From: Azolla caroliniana
Taxonomy: Eukaryota > Plantae > Polypodiophyta
NCBI GenBank assembly: GCA_043228905.1
Contig: JBHGNT010000018.1
Location: 11,098,001-11,162,000 of the forward strand
DNA length: 64,000 nucleotides
Direction of reading: 5' to 3'
Shown: positions 60,670 through 64,000 of the stretch, piece by piece
Layout of the letters: each line of letters begins with the position of its first letter
Numbering within the stretch: the stretch's first letter is position 1
Made by a program: the position numbers and the translations under genes
Notes under the pieces: model-generated
Seen by the model: the letters and a program-made list of their open reading frames with translations, nothing else
Database searches by the model: none
What the model was told of the DNA's origin: nothing

Positions 60670-61110
60670 TGTCGCGAAGATTCGTGCATGCGTGTGCTAC
60701 TCGAGCGACCACCGGGGTCTTGGACTAGGGAGGATCTTCATAGAATTATCGAAGAGATGACGATCAATGTGAGATTAGATGAAATTTGTTCACTTGAGAA
60801 GAAGAAAGATTGTACACTTGAGAAGTAGAAAAATATGACGAAGATAAAGACAAATATAATTATATTGATGATAGTGGTGTTGGTGATATCACATATTGAG
60901 CCCCCCTTTACACAAGCTCCACTAGGGTTTTTATAGTGCTCTTGATGCACAAAACCATGGGTTTAGAACCCATGGTTTTGGGGACACGGTTTTGCTTATG
61001 ACATGCACAATCCATGGGTTTAGAACCATAGTTTTGTGCACATGGTTTTCTATGGTTCTTTCATCTATAATTCGTATATTAAAAGGAAATACATAAAATC
61101 TACACTATAT

Positions 61111-61181
61111 GATAGTTGTCCTAGTGGTAAGGCAAACATCTTGTATCTTAGAGGTGCAAGGTTCAAACCTTGCTTGCACCC
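61111..61181 (+). other. tRNA-like Pol III A/B-box module inside an LTR
   Basis: A-box-like TGTCCTAGTGGTAAGG; B-box GGTTCAAACC in a T-arm-like stem GCAAGG/CCTTGC. Confidence 0.6.
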
Positions 61182-61188
61182 CTCTGTA

Positions 61189-61572
61189 TGAACTCAAGTG
61201 TCACTAGGCCTTAGTTTTATTTGCTAAGTGTATGTGCAATGTTGCACATCCTTGTATTATTCGTCTCACTTGGTTTCACACCGTAGCCGAAAATCGTCAC
61301 GACATCCACCCCCACCAAACCCGCACATCCTCCGGTATGTGCCGAGAAAGGTGAAGAGGTAAGATCTTTGGCAACGGTGATGAACTCAAGTGTCACTAGG
61401 CCTTAGTTTTATTTGCTAAGTGTATGTGCAATGTTGCACATCCTTGTATTATTCGTCTCACTTGGTTTCACACCGTAGCCGAAAATCGTCACGACATCCA
61501 CCCCCACCAAACCCGCACATCCTCCGGTATGTGCCGAGAAAGGTGAAGAGGTGAGATCTTTGGCAATGGTGA
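61189..61572. repeat. 192-bp tandem duplication spanning the LTR terminus and PPT
   Basis: 61189-61380 and 61381-61572 differ at 2 positions by eye. Confidence 0.93.
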
Positions 61573-61656
61573 TCAACCGAGTTCCTCCGCACGCTCGTCG
61601 ACCTCGTTTGACTTCGTCTTCCACTTCGAGTATGCTCAATCTTTCTAACCGAACCA

Positions 61657-63693
61657 CTATAGCCACCCGATCCACCATATCCGGCGCTCACACCTTCTTC
61701 CCCGGTCGGTTGTAGTAGATCTACCAAACGATGTCGTTGATCCAACCGCTCTTCCTTCTTCCACCGTGCGTGTCCTTCGATTGGACTCCTGGCCACTCCT
61801 TGCGCTCACCGTCTTCAACTGGGTGTTGTAGATCGTTCGTGGCGATCTCCAATTAGGCTGGGTTTGCCCTTGTCCAGATCGGTCTCCGCCGATCGCTTCT
61901 CGGCTGGTTTGGCCTTCGTCTGCATTTGCATTTCGCCGAGTCGGGCTCAACCGATTGATTCTGGCCGGGTCGGCCCCCTTTTGGATCGGGATCGTCCGAT
62001 CGATTTCCGCCGAATCAGTTTTCGGCTGGGTTGGCCCCGGTTGATCGACTCCCATGTGGATCTTCCTTCGTTTGGGCCAGAATCCTGGCTAGATCGTCTT
62101 CTGGTTCGACCGGTTCTCGACTCTTCCTTCCCTCCCGCATGCCGCCTCTCCATCAAACTCAACCACGGCTTCATCCTTGGCCTCCTCATCGGCCACATCC
62201 TTCCCTCCGTGTATGCTCGCCTCGAGCCATATTGTCTCCTCTCCGCCACCTCCTTTATCTTCGGCCTTATGTCGACACATGGTCTCGACTACTGAAGTCT
62301 CCGGAACTAGTGTGAAGGAATCCCTTCGTTCATGCACATTTACTTTTTCTTCCTCATCGCCCTTCCGGTCCTCCGCTTTTCCATTGACACATTCCGTCTC
62401 TCCGGTCTCACGTTGGCGCACGTGCACAACTGTTGAATTCTCTAGAATAGGTGTGGGGATATCCTTTCGTCCTCAATCTTCTTCCTCCTTGTGTTGGGCC
62501 TTCATCTTCCCGTCGCCACCTACTGTCTCTCCGATCTCACGTTGGCACACGGGCGCAACCGCCGAAGTCTTTGGAACAAGTGTGGAGAAAGTCTCAGCAT
62601 GGCTATCCACCGTCGACTCGTCCATAGCCACCTCTGACTCGATGTCGTTTGTCATGGCTACCTCCTCAATCACTTCGAACTCAAACACTTTATCTCCCTC
62701 TATCATGCAAGCTTTTCTCATGCTTGCACCTTCATCACCTGATGTTTCGTACACAATGCGTGTTCCGAAACATTTATCCTCCCTCGAAGTGGCATTCACT
62801 ATCCTCGAGTCATCGGCCTCCTCCTTGGTCATTGTTTCTTCGTAAGACAAGAAGGTGACTTGTTTCACACCTTCTCTCTCGGTACCGTCATACCGAACCT
62901 GAGCCTTTGTATCAGCCACTTCATTAACCCGCATTTGTTGGGAGGTCTCTTCTTCCTTGATCACCATTCGCCTCGGTTTTGTCTCCCTTTTAAGCTTCAT
63001 TTTTTTTGTTGGTGGCGCATTGCTGCATCTCGTCCCTCTTTGATTGTCCCTCATGGGCCGTCTTGTTGTCGTCGATATTCTCGCTCGCCCCTTATCGTGT
63101 AGTCAGCATACACTTTCCACTTTGCTCCAATCCTCGATGAGGCCATTTGCACCGTCATCTTCTTCGAGTTTGAGGCTGATGGCCATCCTTTCCATTCGAT
63201 CGATTGACTTCACGAACATAAGGACCTTATCGACCCCCACCAAACTTTGTTCCCGCTCCGAGAGTTGAGAAAAACGACGCTCGAGGTCTATGAATGCTTG
63301 TGTCGCACCTTGGTGGGTCTTCGCCGATGTCACCCATTGGTCGAAGTTGCGTCGATCTCGTCCCTTCAGTCTCTCATAGCCATATTCCTCCAATAGAGCC
63401 TTCTCGAAAGTCGCCCACGAATCATGAGCTTCTAGAAGCTCGTTTACATCTTTGAAGATCGGTTGAGACACCACCCGACAAAAGTACTCCAGCCTCATAG
63501 CTTCGTCCACACCTCTTGAATCCATCTCCGCATTGTAGACTTTTAGAAAACTTTGGACTTCGGCGCCGTTGAAATAGCTCACTCGCTCGACTACCCTGTT
63601 GATGGCTTGTTGGGCTTCATTTCGTCTTTTCCCTTCTCTCAGAAACTCCATCATCCTTTTTGACATTGCCTCCATGAGATATTCACCATCCAT
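61657..63693 (-). pseudogene. gag-like single reading frame (679 codons) with 3 in-frame stops
   Basis: ORFs starting 63693, 63054, 62427 and 62055 share one frame; FNGAEVQSFLKVY...SWATFEKALLEEY is gag-like. Confidence 0.75.
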
Positions 63694-63714
63694 ATTCGTC
63701 CTCCCCTGCTGCTC

Positions 63715-63732
63715 TTCACGTCAGGTTCACCA
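63715..63732 (-). promoter_or_regulatory. PBS complementary to tRNA-Trp
   Basis: TGGTGAACCTGACGTGAA, 5 nt from the LTR; recalled plant tRNA-Trp complement is TGGTGAACCCGACGTGAA (1 mismatch). Confidence 0.8.
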
Positions 63733-64000
63733 AATGATGTCGCGAAGATTCGCGTGTGCGTGTGCTACTCGAGCGACCACCGGGGTCTTGGACTAGGGAG
63801 GATGTTCATAGAATTATCGAAGAGATGACGATCAATGTGAGATTAGATGAAATTTGTTGACTTGAGAAGAAGAAAGATTGTACACTTGAGAAGTAGAAAA
63901 ATATGACGAAGATAAAGACAAATATAAGTATATTGATGATAGTGGTGTTGGTGATATCACATATTGAGCCCCCCTTTACGCAAGCTCCACTAGGGTTTTT

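Larger units (their letters stand above)
60670..64000 (-). mobile_element. Non-autonomous gag-only LTR element (TR-GAG-like) inserted in copia F; 3' LTR 60670-61304, 5' LTR from 63738 to beyond the window
   Basis: TGTCGCGAAG repeated at 60670 and 63738; LTR ends TCACGACA; PPT GGTGGGGGTGGA (61305-61316); no pol motifs in the 2.4-kb interior. Confidence 0.88.

Noticed and set aside
61111-61181. A functional tRNA gene
   Set aside because: No convincing acceptor stem or anticodon arm; reported only as tRNA-like.

Overview
Land-plant nuclear DNA, probably from a seed-free plant such as a fern (inference from element families and gene style). About three quarters of the window is nested retrotransposons, with two host genes. 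(1) 1-4238: two nested Ty1/copia remnants. (2) 4645-20954: a full-length decayed L1 LINE, split by a very young intact non-chromoviral Ty3/gypsy element (6901-16801; TSD GCCCC; 1954-aa gag-pol plus about 1000 codons of extra 3' ORF). This element has no polypurine tract; a second, inverted tRNA-complementary site sits in its place. (3) 22008-23774: a two-exon GT34 (XXT/GMGT-like) glycosyltransferase with altered catalytic motifs. (4) 24664-46005: a multi-layer nest of copia elements with two copies of one chromovirus family that has TG...TA termini and position-specific LTR variants. (5) 50703-58179 (-): a nine-exon WBP11/ELF5 gene. (6) 58684-64000: a copia relic interrupted by a gag-only LTR element with a tRNA-Trp PBS and a tRNA-like A/B-box module in its LTR. 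All tRNA assignments are from recalled plant tRNA 3' ends and need a database check.
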